Part shown: positions 27,151 through 37,274 of the stretch, in pieces
Layout: each line of letters starts with the position of its first letter
Position numbering within the stretch: the first letter of the stretch is position 1
Assembly (NCBI GenBank): GCA_030595325.1
Contig: JAUVDN010000001.1
Span: 2,493 to 66,492 of the forward strand
Direction: 5' to 3'
Source: Gammaproteobacteria bacterium
GTDB lineage: Bacteria; Pseudomonadota; Gammaproteobacteria; SZUA-229
Length of the DNA: 64,000 nucleotides
Notes under the pieces: generated by a model
The model's input: only the letters and a program-made list of their open reading frames with translations
What the model was told of the DNA's origin: nothing
The model's database searches: none
Position numbers and translations under genes: made by a program

Positions 27151-30100
27151 TTAGTTGCCACCATCATCCTTAAGCCGAATACCGCGACGGCCACCCGGTG
27201 ATGATTTTTTAGATGGCGCCTTTTTCACAGGGGCTTTCTTAGCCACTACCTTCTTGGCCACTGTTTTCTTGGCGGCTACTTTCTTTTTCGGCGCTGCTTT
27301 TTTAGTCACCGTAGATTTTTTTTCTGTAGGTGCCTTTTTAGCTGTAGGTGCCTTTTTAGTCTCGGCCTTCGTTTCAGGCTTCGTTTCAGGCTTCTTCTCA
27401 GCTGCTGGTGCGGCCTTAGGTGCAGGCGATGGTGCAGGCGGTGTTGATGGTGCAGGCGGCGGTGTTGATGGCGGCGCTGCTGGAGGTGGTGATGATTTTG
27501 GCATAATCATGCCTATCAACATACGCAGGATATTAAATACCATCTGGAAGATGACAACTATCCAGCCAACCAGACCGACGATACCACCGTAGATTCGCAT
27601 CCATAATGGTGTTTTATATTCATCAACTTCGGGTTCAGCATCGATCATTTCGTTACCGCTTCCATCAGCGCAGGCAACATTACAGTTCGGGAATGCTTTT
27701 CTGGCAGAAATACAACCTAAAGGAATAACGAACAAAGTCAGCACAGTAGAAACCACCACACCAAACAACAGTGAAATAGCCATACCTTCAAAGATGGGGT
27801 CACTCAAGATAACACTCGAGCCACCAACCAATGCCAATGCGGTAATGACGATTGGGCGGGTACGTGCCTGACAAGAGTTGATCACCGCATCCATTACCGG
27901 CACACCACGCTCTACTTCTTGTTTGGTGAAATCCACCAATAGTATCGAGTTCCTGACGATAATCCCGGCGAGAGCAATCCAGCCGATCATCGAGGTCGCG
28001 GTGAATTCTGCATCGAAGAACCAGTGACCTGGAATAATACCGACCAGCGTCAAGGGGATAGGTGCCATGATAATCGATGGGAAAATAAAGTTTTTAAACT
28101 CGATTACCACCAACATGTAGATCATGATCATCGCCAGCATGAAAGCACCGCCCATGTCACGGAAGGTCTCATAAGTAACTGTCCACTCACCGGTCCATTC
28201 AAACCCGGTTTCAGAACTGTTTGCAGGCGGACCAAAGTATCCACCACCGATAAAGCCGTGAGCAACGGTGACGCCGTCAGGTGACACATAATCTTCCAGC
28301 ATTTCATCGACCTGGAACATGCCATAAATAGGCGCAGCTAACTCACCGGCATTTTCACCAGTAACGAACTCTACTTCACGTAAATCTTTATGGTAGATAA
28401 TATCTTCTTCAACATCCTTTACAAATCGACCCAGCTCCGACAATGGCAACATCGAACCATCCGGTGCCTGCACAGGAATTGATCCCAACCGTGAGAACTC
28501 TGAACGCGCTGATAGCGGTACTTGTAAGATAATGTACGTTGGATCGACAACAGAGCCACGCTTCAAATCACCTACAACAAAGCCACCCATCGCCATCTCA
28601 AGCGTCGTGTTTATCGCATCAATGGTGATACCTTTACGCAACGCCTTATCGCGGTCAGCTTTGAAACGCCAGATTTCATATGGCTGCTGCATCAGATTAT
28701 CAACATCAGTGATACTGTCTGCCGCTTCAAACATTTTGGTCATATCACGCGCAAACTGTTGCCTTGTTTCCTGATCTGGACCATAGATTTCAGCAACTAC
28801 CGACTGCAATACCGGTGGACCTGGTGGCATTTCAACAACCTGTATACGGGCACCTACTTTTTTAGCTATTGGCGTCATTATTTCGCGCATAGCGACAGCA
28901 ATTTCATGACTGGTGGTCTCTCGCGCTGACTTATGTGTCAACACGACTTGCATATCTGCCTGCCATGGTTTTGTTCTTAAATAATAATGACGAACCAAAC
29001 CATTGAAGTTATACGGTGAAGAAGTACCAATATATGTCTGCAATGAGATAACTTCTTCAAATTGTCTGGCCTCGTCAGCAAATGTCGCCATCAGGTTTGC
29101 AGTATCGATTAATGACGTGCCTTCCGGGAAATTAACCACGATATCAAACTCAGACTTATTATCCAATGGCAGCATTTTCACCGAGACAGCCGTGGTATAA
29201 AACATCACACAACAAGCAAAGAAAACGACAAACAGTGACATCAGGAAGCCATAACCCAAAACGCTGTTTTCTATTAGAGGCGTGATTGTGTTACGGAAAA
29301 AACGTCCGAGTCTAGCGTTACCGGCTTCTTCCTTTTCAGCATGATGCTTCAAATTTGCCATCGATGGCTTTATCTTATTAGCAAGCCATGGGGTAAACGC
29401 AAAAGCAGCAAATAAAGAGAAGATCATCGCTACCGAACCCAAAGTCGGAATTGGCGCCATATAAGGCCCCATCATGCCACGCACCACGCCCATAGGCATC
29501 AGTGCAGCAATAACGGTAAAAGTCGCAAGAATAGTCGGGTTACCGACCTCATCTACCGCTTGGATAGACACTTCTTCACTCATATCTTCTTTCATCAGCC
29601 AGTGTCGATAAATATTCTCAATCACCACGATGGCATCGTCTACCAAGATACCGATAGAGAAAATCAACGCAAACAGGCTGACACGATCAATGGTCAGACC
29701 CAGCACCAATGCACTGAACACAGTGAATAGGATAACGATAGGGATGACGATTAGCACCACCAGCGCAGGACGCCAGCCCAGTGCAAACCAGACCAATGCA
29801 GTCACGATTGCTGTAGCGATAAACAGCTTAAAGATTAATTCATTAACCTTGTCATTGGCGGTTTCACCATAGTTACGCGAGACGTAGACGTTGACATTGC
29901 CTGGAATAATTTCACCTTTTAACAGCTCCAGACGCTCAAGAATATTCTCGTAAACGGAAACACCGTTTGAACCTTTTTTCTTGGCGATAGCGATAGTGAC
30001 CGCTGGTGCACCGTCAGCAACTTCAGTTTCAGCGCTAGCCGGACCAGTATAATGATTAACAATGCTGTGCACTTCAGATGGGCCATGCAACACATTGGCA

Positions 30101-30927
30101 ACATCACGAATATACACAGGTATGCCATTAGACAGACCGACAACAATATTCTCTACATCCTGCGCTGATTGCAAAAATGAACCCGTGTAAACCTTGAAAC
30201 TTTTATCCCAGGCTTCGATATCACCAACAGATTTCTCACTGTTTGCCTGCTGTATCACCTGCGCCAGTTTGGGCAAGCTAATACCATAACCAGATAATTT
30301 CTCTGGCAGAACTTCAACACGTAACTGTTCAGTACGGCCACTAACAACAAAGCCCTGATTTGAGTTTTCTACTTCACTTAGTTTTTGCAGAGTATCTAAA
30401 GCAATTAGTCGTATCGATGCATCATCAACTTCATTAGACCATAAGGTGATAGTCAGCCCCGGTACATCATCAACCGCTTTTGGCTTAACCATATAACCAG
30501 CCACACCTGGTGGCATAACGTCTTTATTTGAATCCAGCTTACTGTAGAGCTTGGTCAGCGAATCCTCCATCTCTTCACCGACATCAAATTCGACGGTAAC
30601 AATGGCATTGTCACGCTGCGATGCAGCGTACACATGTTTAACACCGGACATTTCACCCATGATTCGCTGCAACGGTTTAGCTGCGAGCGCGGCAACCTGC
30701 TCTGCAGAAGCACCCGGGTAATTAACAAAAATATCAGCCATAGGCACCGATATCTGAGGATCTTCCTGTCTCGGTGTAAAGGCAATACCGGTTAATCCCA
30801 TCAAAATAAAGATGATGATTAACATCGGTGTTAAAGGTGAGTTAATAAATGCCTTGGCAGTTGCGCCAGCAAGACCCAGGCTCTCATTTGCTGTTTCCAG
30901 CTTATTCGTTTCGTTATTATCTGACAT
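27151..30927 (-). CDS. RND-superfamily efflux permease (HAE-like proton relay) with extra C-terminal hydrophobic segment and 116-aa Pro/Ala/Lys tail
   Basis: AcrB-type architecture. The TM4 motif SIGILVDDAIVVIEN has an Asp-Asp pair. At 1258 aa it is about 200 aa longer than typical RND pumps. Confidence 0.9.
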   Translation of the reverse strand: MSDNNETNKLETANESLGLAGATAKAFINSPLTPMLIIIFILMGLTGIAFTPRQEDPQISVPMADIFVNYPGASAEQVAALAAKPLQRIMGEMSGVKHVYAASQRDNAIVTVEFDVGEEMEDSLTKLYSKLDSNKDVMPPGVAGYMVKPKAVDDVPGLTITLWSNEVDDASIRLIALDTLQKLSEVENSNQGFVVSGRTEQLRVEVLPEKLSGYGISLPKLAQVIQQANSEKSVGDIEAWDKSFKVYTGSFLQSAQDVENIVVGLSNGIPVYIRDVANVLHGPSEVHSIVNHYTGPASAETEVADGAPAVTIAIAKKKGSNGVSVYENILERLELLKGEIIPGNVNVYVSRNYGETANDKVNELIFKLFIATAIVTALVWFALGWRPALVVLIVIPIVILFTVFSALVLGLTIDRVSLFALIFSIGILVDDAIVVIENIYRHWLMKEDMSEEVSIQAVDEVGNPTILATFTVIAALMPMGVVRGMMGPYMAPIPTLGSVAMIFSLFAAFAFTPWLANKIKPSMANLKHHAEKEEAGNARLGRFFRNTITPLIENSVLGYGFLMSLFVVFFACCVMFYTTAVSVKMLPLDNKSEFDIVVNFPEGTSLIDTANLMATFADEARQFEEVISLQTYIGTSSPYNFNGLVRHYYLRTKPWQADMQVVLTHKSARETTSHEIAVAMREIMTPIAKKVGARIQVVEMPPGPPVLQSVVAEIYGPDQETRQQFARDMTKMFEAADSITDVDNLMQQPYEIWRFKADRDKALRKGITIDAINTTLEMAMGGFVVGDLKRGSVVDPTYIILQVPLSARSEFSRLGSIPVQAPDGSMLPLSELGRFVKDVEEDIIYHKDLREVEFVTGENAGELAAPIYGMFQVDEMLEDYVSPDGVTVAHGFIGGGYFGPPANSSETGFEWTGEWTVTYETFRDMGGAFMLAMIMIYMLVVIEFKNFIFPSIIMAPIPLTLVGIIPGHWFFDAEFTATSMIGWIALAGIIVRNSILLVDFTKQEVERGVPVMDAVINSCQARTRPIVITALALVGGSSVILSDPIFEGMAISLLFGVVVSTVLTLFVIPLGCISARKAFPNCNVACADGSGNEMIDAEPEVDEYKTPLWMRIYGGIVGLVGWIVVIFQMVFNILRMLIGMIMPKSSPPPAAPPSTPPPAPSTPPAPSPAPKAAPAAEKKPETKPETKAETKKAPTAKKAPTEKKSTVTKKAAPKKKVAAKKTVAKKVVAKKAPVKKAPSKKSSPGGRRGIRLKDDGGN

Positions 30928-31036
30928 GAGGACTACTTAATTATTCTCTAAGATTCAACCCTGTTCGCAATGATGCTACGAACACCTCCCAAACATTTGC
31001 CAGGCATAATCACCAGCAAATGACATTATTACTGTG

Positions 31037-32179
31037 CTAGTTACGCCCACGAACCAGTATTTTTTCACCTGGCCTCAGACCAGACAAAATAGTTACTGAA
31101 TCTTCATCGACGACTTCACCGATACGCACTAAGCGCATCTTAGGTTTATTATTTTCATCCAAAACTTGCACAGACGGTAAACTGCCTTTTTTATGAATCG
31201 CTGCAATTGGAACTACAGGTAGCGCACGACTTGGTGACCCCACATCAGGAATCATTATTTCTGCGTACATACCAGGACCACCCGGTACACCTTCTGGCAA
31301 ATCAAACTTAACGGTTACGGTATGCTGTTTACTGTCTGCTACAGGAGATATCTGAGCAACGCGTGCATTAATTAGCGTGTTACCTACATCAAGGCGCGCT
31401 GGAACGACCATACCTTTTTTCAGCCCCGGCATTAAACGCGCTGGAACTTCTGCTTGAATACGCAGGAATTTAGAATATGAAAAGATGATTAATGGCTGAC
31501 CCGGTTGAACGGTATCACCTATTTCAACCATCTTTTTCATGATAATACCATCAAACGGTGCGATTGCTTTGGTATCACGCAACTTGGCATTGATGGCACG
31601 CAAACCTGATTCGGCTTCGGTGACGTGTGAACGAGCTGAGGCAACTTGTGTACCCTGTGTAACTAAATCGGCATGACGCTCGATACTCTTATTGCCGCCG
31701 CTGCTGCCCGGCATCATATCGTTGTTTTCAAAAAAACCATCAAACATCGAAGGCATACCCATGCCAGCCATCGGACGAGGATTATATACACGAGGATTCC
31801 ACAACTCACGATTATACTGAACCTGTGCATTTTGCATTGCATTCTGTGCAGAATTCAGTTTTGCTTCGACAGCTGATTTCTTGGCCTGCAGATCATCATC
31901 ATTGATCTGCACAAGATTCGTTCCAGCACTAAACTCATCGCCTTCTTCACCGGCAATACTGATAACACGTCCTGGCATCTGTGCTGCTAGCGTTACTTCT
32001 TTAAGCGGGATAACACTACCGCCTAAGATAACTGCACCGCCATGAGAAGCAACACCAACTGTAATAACAGTATCTGCCTGCACTTGTGCAGACCAACCCG
32101 TAAGCAGCGTTAGCGAGAGATAAAAGGGAAATTTCATACGACTAATTATTGACATGCCCAAAGCTACCTTCATGTTCAT
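31037..32179 (-). CDS. RND periplasmic adaptor (membrane fusion protein, HlyD family) with Met-rich insert
   Basis: N-terminal signal/anchor, a lipoyl-like segment, coiled-coil segments (LQAKKSAVEAKLNSAQNAMQNAQ ... ARSHVTEAESGLRAINAKL), and the typical C-terminal V..G......V.ILSGL.PGEKILV. Confidence 0.85.
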   Translation of the reverse strand: MNMKVALGMSIISRMKFPFYLSLTLLTGWSAQVQADTVITVGVASHGGAVILGGSVIPLKEVTLAAQMPGRVISIAGEEGDEFSAGTNLVQINDDDLQAKKSAVEAKLNSAQNAMQNAQVQYNRELWNPRVYNPRPMAGMGMPSMFDGFFENNDMMPGSSGGNKSIERHADLVTQGTQVASARSHVTEAESGLRAINAKLRDTKAIAPFDGIIMKKMVEIGDTVQPGQPLIIFSYSKFLRIQAEVPARLMPGLKKGMVVPARLDVGNTLINARVAQISPVADSKQHTVTVKFDLPEGVPGGPGMYAEIMIPDVGSPSRALPVVPIAAIHKKGSLPSVQVLDENNKPKMRLVRIGEVVDEDSVTILSGLRPGEKILVRGRN

Positions 32180-32380
32180 TTACACAAATTAATTGAGTGA
32201 CACACACGCATAAAAATGCGAACGCGAGGATTGTAGAGAATGCCTTGTGTCATGAAAAAATGCAAGAGCTTTCGCCAACTGTAAGAGTAATTTATGACGC
32301 ACTGATGAAATAACCTGTGCCTTATCTATGATAATTAACAATTACCTGACAATATTTCAGAAAATCTTCATGATAATGAC

Positions 32381-33376
32381 TTAACTATTCTGCCACGGAA
32401 ATATTAGTACCTGTTCGATATGCGTACAAGCAGTTTTAACCATTAACAAGCGATCCAAACCAACGGCAACACCTGCACATTCTGGCAAACCATGCTCGAG
32501 TGCAGCTATAAAATTTTCATCAATCGCCTTGGGGGCCGCGCCGCTTTCGATACGAACATTATTATCCAACTGAAACCGTGACAACTGCTCTTCTGCATCG
32601 GTCAATTCATAGAAACCATTGGCCAGCTCCATCTCGCCGAAGAATAACTCAAAGCGTTTCGCCACGGCCACCTGCTGTTCGTTAGCGCCGATTTTTGCTA
32701 AAGCACATTGTGCAACAGGGTAATCAAAGATAAAGGTAAAACAGTCGCTCGCCAATGAAGGCAACACTTTTTGCGTTAACAGCCAGTCAAGCCAGTCGTT
32801 GACATCGTCATCAGCACTTAAGCCCTGCGGTATCTCAATATTTTTTTCCAGCGACAGCGAATAACATTGCGCAGCGCTGACTTCATGCGGATTAAAGCCA
32901 ATACTGTCTTCAAATACCTGCTGATAACTTTTAGTAATAAACACTGGTTCTTTATTTGCCTCACCGAACAACACCGTCACCAACTCAGCCAGTTCAGCCA
33001 TCAACTGCTGGTCATCGTAACCGGGCTGATACCACTCCAGCATGGTGAACTCTGGATTATGATTCACGCCAAGCTCGTCATCACGAAATGCCTTACAGAT
33101 TTGATAGATCGCCTGTTGCGAATCGGCAAGCAGTCGCTTCATCGCGTATTCTGGCGAAGTATTCAGATAACAATCCTGCTCGCGAAAGCAAGACTGCAAA
33201 CTCTCAAGATGCGGGTCCGTGGTTGCAAATTGTGATAACAAAGGTGTCTCAACCTCAAGAACATCTTTACCATCAAAAAAAGCTCTGATGTTTTTCAACA
33301 TCAGAGCTCTTTCTAGTATGACTTTATTGCTGGCTTTGCTACGCCACTGCCCCTTACTCATTATTACAGCACTCAT
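32381..33376 (-). CDS. epmA: Elongation factor P-(R)-beta-lysine ligase (PoxA/GenX)
   Basis: Truncated class II LysRS paralog with EFTMLEWY and RFELFFGEMELANGF motifs. Adjacent to efp. Confidence 0.9.
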   Translation of the reverse strand: MSAVIMSKGQWRSKASNKVILERALMLKNIRAFFDGKDVLEVETPLLSQFATTDPHLESLQSCFREQDCYLNTSPEYAMKRLLADSQQAIYQICKAFRDDELGVNHNPEFTMLEWYQPGYDDQQLMAELAELVTVLFGEANKEPVFITKSYQQVFEDSIGFNPHEVSAAQCYSLSLEKNIEIPQGLSADDDVNDWLDWLLTQKVLPSLASDCFTFIFDYPVAQCALAKIGANEQQVAVAKRFELFFGEMELANGFYELTDAEEQLSRFQLDNNVRIESGAAPKAIDENFIAALEHGLPECAGVAVGLDRLLMVKTACTHIEQVLIFPWQNS

Positions 33377-33445
33377 CGTTCAGTTCTCATTATTACTGCG
33401 AGACCTGATGGTGGTAAAGTTTGCCCAAGCTGAGAACAGCGCACA

Positions 33446-34009
33446 TTAAGCGCGCGATACATACTCACCGGTGCGCGTATCAATTTTTAAGATATCACCT
33501 TCATTGATGAAAAGCGGCACCTTAACCTCGGTACCGGTTTCAAGTGTTGCCGGCTTGGTTGCCCCCTGAGCAGTATCCCCTTTCAGACCCGGGTCGGTTT
33601 GCGCAACGGCAAGCTCGACAAAATTTGGCGGCGTTATTACCAAAGGCGCACCGTTCCACAACGTCATAACACAAAGCTCCTGACCCTTGATCCACTTAAC
33701 CGCATCTCCAACAGCAACTTTATCTGCAGCGTGCTGCTCAAAACTGGCCGGCTCCATAAAATGCCAGTACTCGCCATCACTATAGAGGTACTCAACATTC
33801 ATTTCATCAACATCAGCGGCTTCAACTGACTCTGTTGACTTAAAAGTACGCTCTAATACTCTTCCTGTTTTCAGATTCTTTGCTTTTACTTTATTAAATG
33901 CCTGACCTTTACCGGGTTTAACCACATTGTTTTCGGTAATCGAACAGGGGTCGCCATCCAGGATTATCTTTAAGCCATTTTTAAACTGATTTGTGCTGTA
34001 TGTTGCCAT
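33446..34009 (-). CDS. efp: Elongation factor P
   Basis: 187 aa. The VKPGKGQAF loop carries the modifiable Lys. Confidence 0.96.
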   Translation of the reverse strand: MATYSTNQFKNGLKIILDGDPCSITENNVVKPGKGQAFNKVKAKNLKTGRVLERTFKSTESVEAADVDEMNVEYLYSDGEYWHFMEPASFEQHAADKVAVGDAVKWIKGQELCVMTLWNGAPLVITPPNFVELAVAQTDPGLKGDTAQGATKPATLETGTEVKVPLFINEGDILKIDTRTGEYVSRA

Positions 34010-34184
34010 GTTAAACTTTTGCCTTTTCTTTTAGTGTACTGAGATGTTTTAACGCATTATCTTGCCGTAAAATCTTGCTATAAAACATTGCGCTATATTT
34101 TTTCAGTCTAGATTTTTGCAGTATATTACCCTGAATTTACACTAACTTAAATCACGACCTGTAAATTTACATAAATTTCAACGA

Positions 34185-35261
34185 TTGCTCACCACGACCC
34201 GAACAACTGTGCTCATGGCTCAACCCGCAAAATTAACTTTAAATCGCTCCGCCTCTCCAGCTTTGTTGACAGAACACGAGGCACCATGGAAAAAAGAACT
34301 GGCCAACGCTGTTACCGACCCAGGCACCTTATTAAAAAAACTCGGCCTTGAGGCACACCAGCAACTGATTGACAACAATACTTCTTTTAGATGCCTGGTC
34401 ACCGAATCTTTTATCAACAAAATCGAAATCGGCAATATCAATGACCCACTGCTACGACAGGTTTTACCACTGAATGAAGAATATCAGATAGATATACAGC
34501 AACACGGCGTCACCGACCCGGTCGGTGACATCAGCGCCATGGCATCACCGGGACTGTTGCATAAATATCATGGCCGAGCCTTACTCATCAGTACCGGCGC
34601 ATGCGCAATCCATTGCCGTTATTGCTTCCGTCGGCATTACCCCTATCAGGGTGCATCATGTTCCAGCAATGTCATCGACGATGCAGTGAATTATCTAACA
34701 AGCCACACTGAAATTGACGAGGTCATTTTAAGCGGCGGCGACCCCTTGGTGCTGGACAATAAAAAACTAGCCCGATTAATTTCTAAACTGGAAGCAGTAC
34801 CCCAGCTAAAAACGCTGAGAATACACAGTCGCCTACCCGTTGTCCTGCCCAATCGTATCGATGATGGATTGCTCACACTTCTCAAGACATGCCGTTTACA
34901 AGTCGTCATGGTCATCCACGCCAATCATGCAAATGAGCTACAACACAACGAAAGCCGAAAATTAAATCAATTACACGATGTAGGCATCACGCTACTAAAT
35001 CAAAGCGTTTTACTTAAAGGCATTAATGATGATTCTGATGCGCTGATCAGTCTAAGTAAGCGCCTGCTGGAGTGCAAAACGCTGCCTTATTATCTACACC
35101 TGCTTGATCCAGTTACCGGTGCCATGCATTTCTCGGTCGATGAAAATCAGGCATTAAAATTAATAACACATCTAGAGAAAAGCCTGCCTGGTTACCTAGT
35201 CCCCAAACTAGTACGAGAAATCAGTGGAAAGCAGTCAAAATCAGCAATTTTCAGTATCTAA
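34185..35261 (+). CDS. epmB: EF-P beta-lysylation protein, lysine 2,3-aminomutase-like radical SAM enzyme
   Basis: Radical-SAM cluster motif CAIHCRYCFRR. Divergent from efp. The more likely ATG start is at 34215. Confidence 0.9.
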   Translation: MLTTTRTTVLMAQPAKLTLNRSASPALLTEHEAPWKKELANAVTDPGTLLKKLGLEAHQQLIDNNTSFRCLVTESFINKIEIGNINDPLLRQVLPLNEEYQIDIQQHGVTDPVGDISAMASPGLLHKYHGRALLISTGACAIHCRYCFRRHYPYQGASCSSNVIDDAVNYLTSHTEIDEVILSGGDPLVLDNKKLARLISKLEAVPQLKTLRIHSRLPVVLPNRIDDGLLTLLKTCRLQVVMVIHANHANELQHNESRKLNQLHDVGITLLNQSVLLKGINDDSDALISLSKRLLECKTLPYYLHLLDPVTGAMHFSVDENQALKLITHLEKSLPGYLVPKLVREISGKQSKSAIFSI

Positions 35262-35368
35262 GCTACAATTAGCTGTAATAATGGAATAATTATAAACAAA
35301 TTGCCAAGTCATTGTTTTATATAGAAAGAACAAGAATTAAGGTAACAGAAAGCAGTATTTAACTAAAG

Positions 35369-37204
35369 ATGAAATTAAATATACCAGAACAACATAGTCC
35401 CTCAGCGGGCGCAACGCCCAGCCACCCTCGTAAGCTGAAGAAGGTACTCGCCGCCCTGCCCAACGCAAACATGGGCGAATTAACCAAACAAACGTTCCTC
35501 ATATTGCGCGACTTAAATCGACAGGAGATGCCCAACAAACATCGTCTGGAAAATATGGAAATGCTACGCGTTATGACGCGAGGTATATTTAATAATCTTA
35601 AAAAATATTTCATAAACCGTACCCTGCCATTACCGGATAAAAGTCAAAAAATCGTCAACCTGAATCAGTCCCTGTTACAGGAGTTAGTCCATGGTTACGA
35701 AATCATCGCTTACGAAGCTGCCAATAATATCGACACCAAGATTGATGATAAAACGCTAAGCACAGCTATCTGCCGGGCAATAAATTATCTCGCTGAAATG
35801 TTATTACGCGCCTGCGAAGTTTATGAGCCCTGCCCTAAAAATTTATGGAATGACGTACATGAGCTCTATGCTTTTGCCGAAAGCAGAGGCCTGACTGAAA
35901 CGGTCATACACGGCGGTGATAAAAAGCAAAACAAATCAACCATAGAAAACAGTTACAAACAAATTTTATTATTTTCTCTTGCCAGGCCAATCGCGCTAAG
36001 ACAACGTGATAGTGAGCGTGTATTTAACGAACTATTCGACTGGGCAAAGTATTCAATCATCAAACGTGACGCCTCAGAAAAACAGGTAGATCAAGTTTTC
36101 AGCATGCATATACACAAAGATTTGCCGCCCAACTATTTATCCAAACAAGATTTTGACAATGGCGCCATCATCCGGATTCTGGATGCGGGCAATCTGGTTA
36201 CACACATAACAGGAATAATAGAAGAACGCAGCGGCAAAAAAGAGAAGCTTGCTCTAGGTGATGAGATTCCCACAGAAACACTAATTACACTCGTTAACTC
36301 ATGGGGAGATAGTGCTAAACGTCGGTTCTCACGCGCAGACAGACAGGGTCACATCAGTGTCGCTATCGGTTTAGCAAACTCATCAAAAGCGATTAGCGGA
36401 TCACTTACAAGGGAACCAGAAATCAATGCAGGCTCGGGGTTTATTCGTACCGCAGCATCGCGCAACCAGGACCCGAGCTTCACGCTGGAATCTATAAATC
36501 GAGGTGAAGACTCTGACTTCCAGGGATATATGACGCACACCGAGGTTGGCTCAGAAGATAATAATTCCTGGGACATGGTGGCAAAGGGTCGCGCACTAAC
36601 AGAGACTTATACTAACGAACAAAAACACGTCAATGAAGACGATGTAAATCAACGACGACAAAAAGCTGATTCACATTGGGAGATTGTCAACATAAGTGCT
36701 GGCGGATATTGCTTGCGCTGGAACTCCGATGACACATCAAAAGCGCAGATTGGCGAATTGATTGCGCTACGGGAGCCTGGCTCTAATAATACTTTTGAGT
36801 GGCGCATCGGAGTAATTCGCTGGATGCAGTTTACTCAGGAGAATGGATTAGAAATTGGCGTTCAGGTAATATCACCTAAAGTCGTTGCCGCAACTGCGCT
36901 ACGCCACAACCGACCAAATGAAGCACCATTTGAATGTTTGATGCTTCCGGGAATAAAAGCATTAAAACAAGCACCAAGCATATTATTACCTTCCCATGCG
37001 TTCAAATCAGCTGATAAACTTATCGTTAGCATATTAGAAAGCAAGCTTAATGTAACCTTAGCTGAAACTAAAGAACACACCGGTTCTTTTACTCAGTTTA
37101 TCTATAAAAATTCTGACGTTGATAAGCGCATTAAAAAACAGGTCAAAAAAGAAGAGGCGAGTAAACATAAAGATGACTTTGATGAATTATGGACGTCATT
37201 ATAA
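35369..37204 (+). CDS. Large PilZ-like domain protein of unknown function
   Basis: 611 aa. The C-terminal region holds QRRQKAD...VNISAGGYCLRW. This resembles the PilZ RxxxR...(D/N)xSxxG signature, but the first half is only partly conserved. Sits directly upstream of the FimX-like gene. Confidence 0.55.
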   Translation: MKLNIPEQHSPSAGATPSHPRKLKKVLAALPNANMGELTKQTFLILRDLNRQEMPNKHRLENMEMLRVMTRGIFNNLKKYFINRTLPLPDKSQKIVNLNQSLLQELVHGYEIIAYEAANNIDTKIDDKTLSTAICRAINYLAEMLLRACEVYEPCPKNLWNDVHELYAFAESRGLTETVIHGGDKKQNKSTIENSYKQILLFSLARPIALRQRDSERVFNELFDWAKYSIIKRDASEKQVDQVFSMHIHKDLPPNYLSKQDFDNGAIIRILDAGNLVTHITGIIEERSGKKEKLALGDEIPTETLITLVNSWGDSAKRRFSRADRQGHISVAIGLANSSKAISGSLTREPEINAGSGFIRTAASRNQDPSFTLESINRGEDSDFQGYMTHTEVGSEDNNSWDMVAKGRALTETYTNEQKHVNEDDVNQRRQKADSHWEIVNISAGGYCLRWNSDDTSKAQIGELIALREPGSNNTFEWRIGVIRWMQFTQENGLEIGVQVISPKVVAATALRHNRPNEAPFECLMLPGIKALKQAPSILLPSHAFKSADKLIVSILESKLNVTLAETKEHTGSFTQFIYKNSDVDKRIKKQVKKEEASKHKDDFDELWTSL

Positions 37205-37274
37205 GCGCATACTAAGCCGCTACTTTTTAAAAAAAGCACAACACCAGCATAATCGGAATATTTGGAACCCCTAA

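Noticed and set aside
27155-27592. 145-aa plus-strand ORF rich in Gly/Ala/Phe.
   Set aside because: It is antisense to the Pro/Ala/Lys tail of the RND gene. It is a compositional mirror ORF with no start context.
19194-32179. The cluster considered as a horizontally acquired genomic island or as a defence system.
   Set aside because: There is no integrase, transposase, tRNA border or direct-repeat boundary. There is no obvious composition shift by eye, and no nuclease, methylase or helicase hallmarks of defence systems. It is retained as a candidate structural or positioning system instead.
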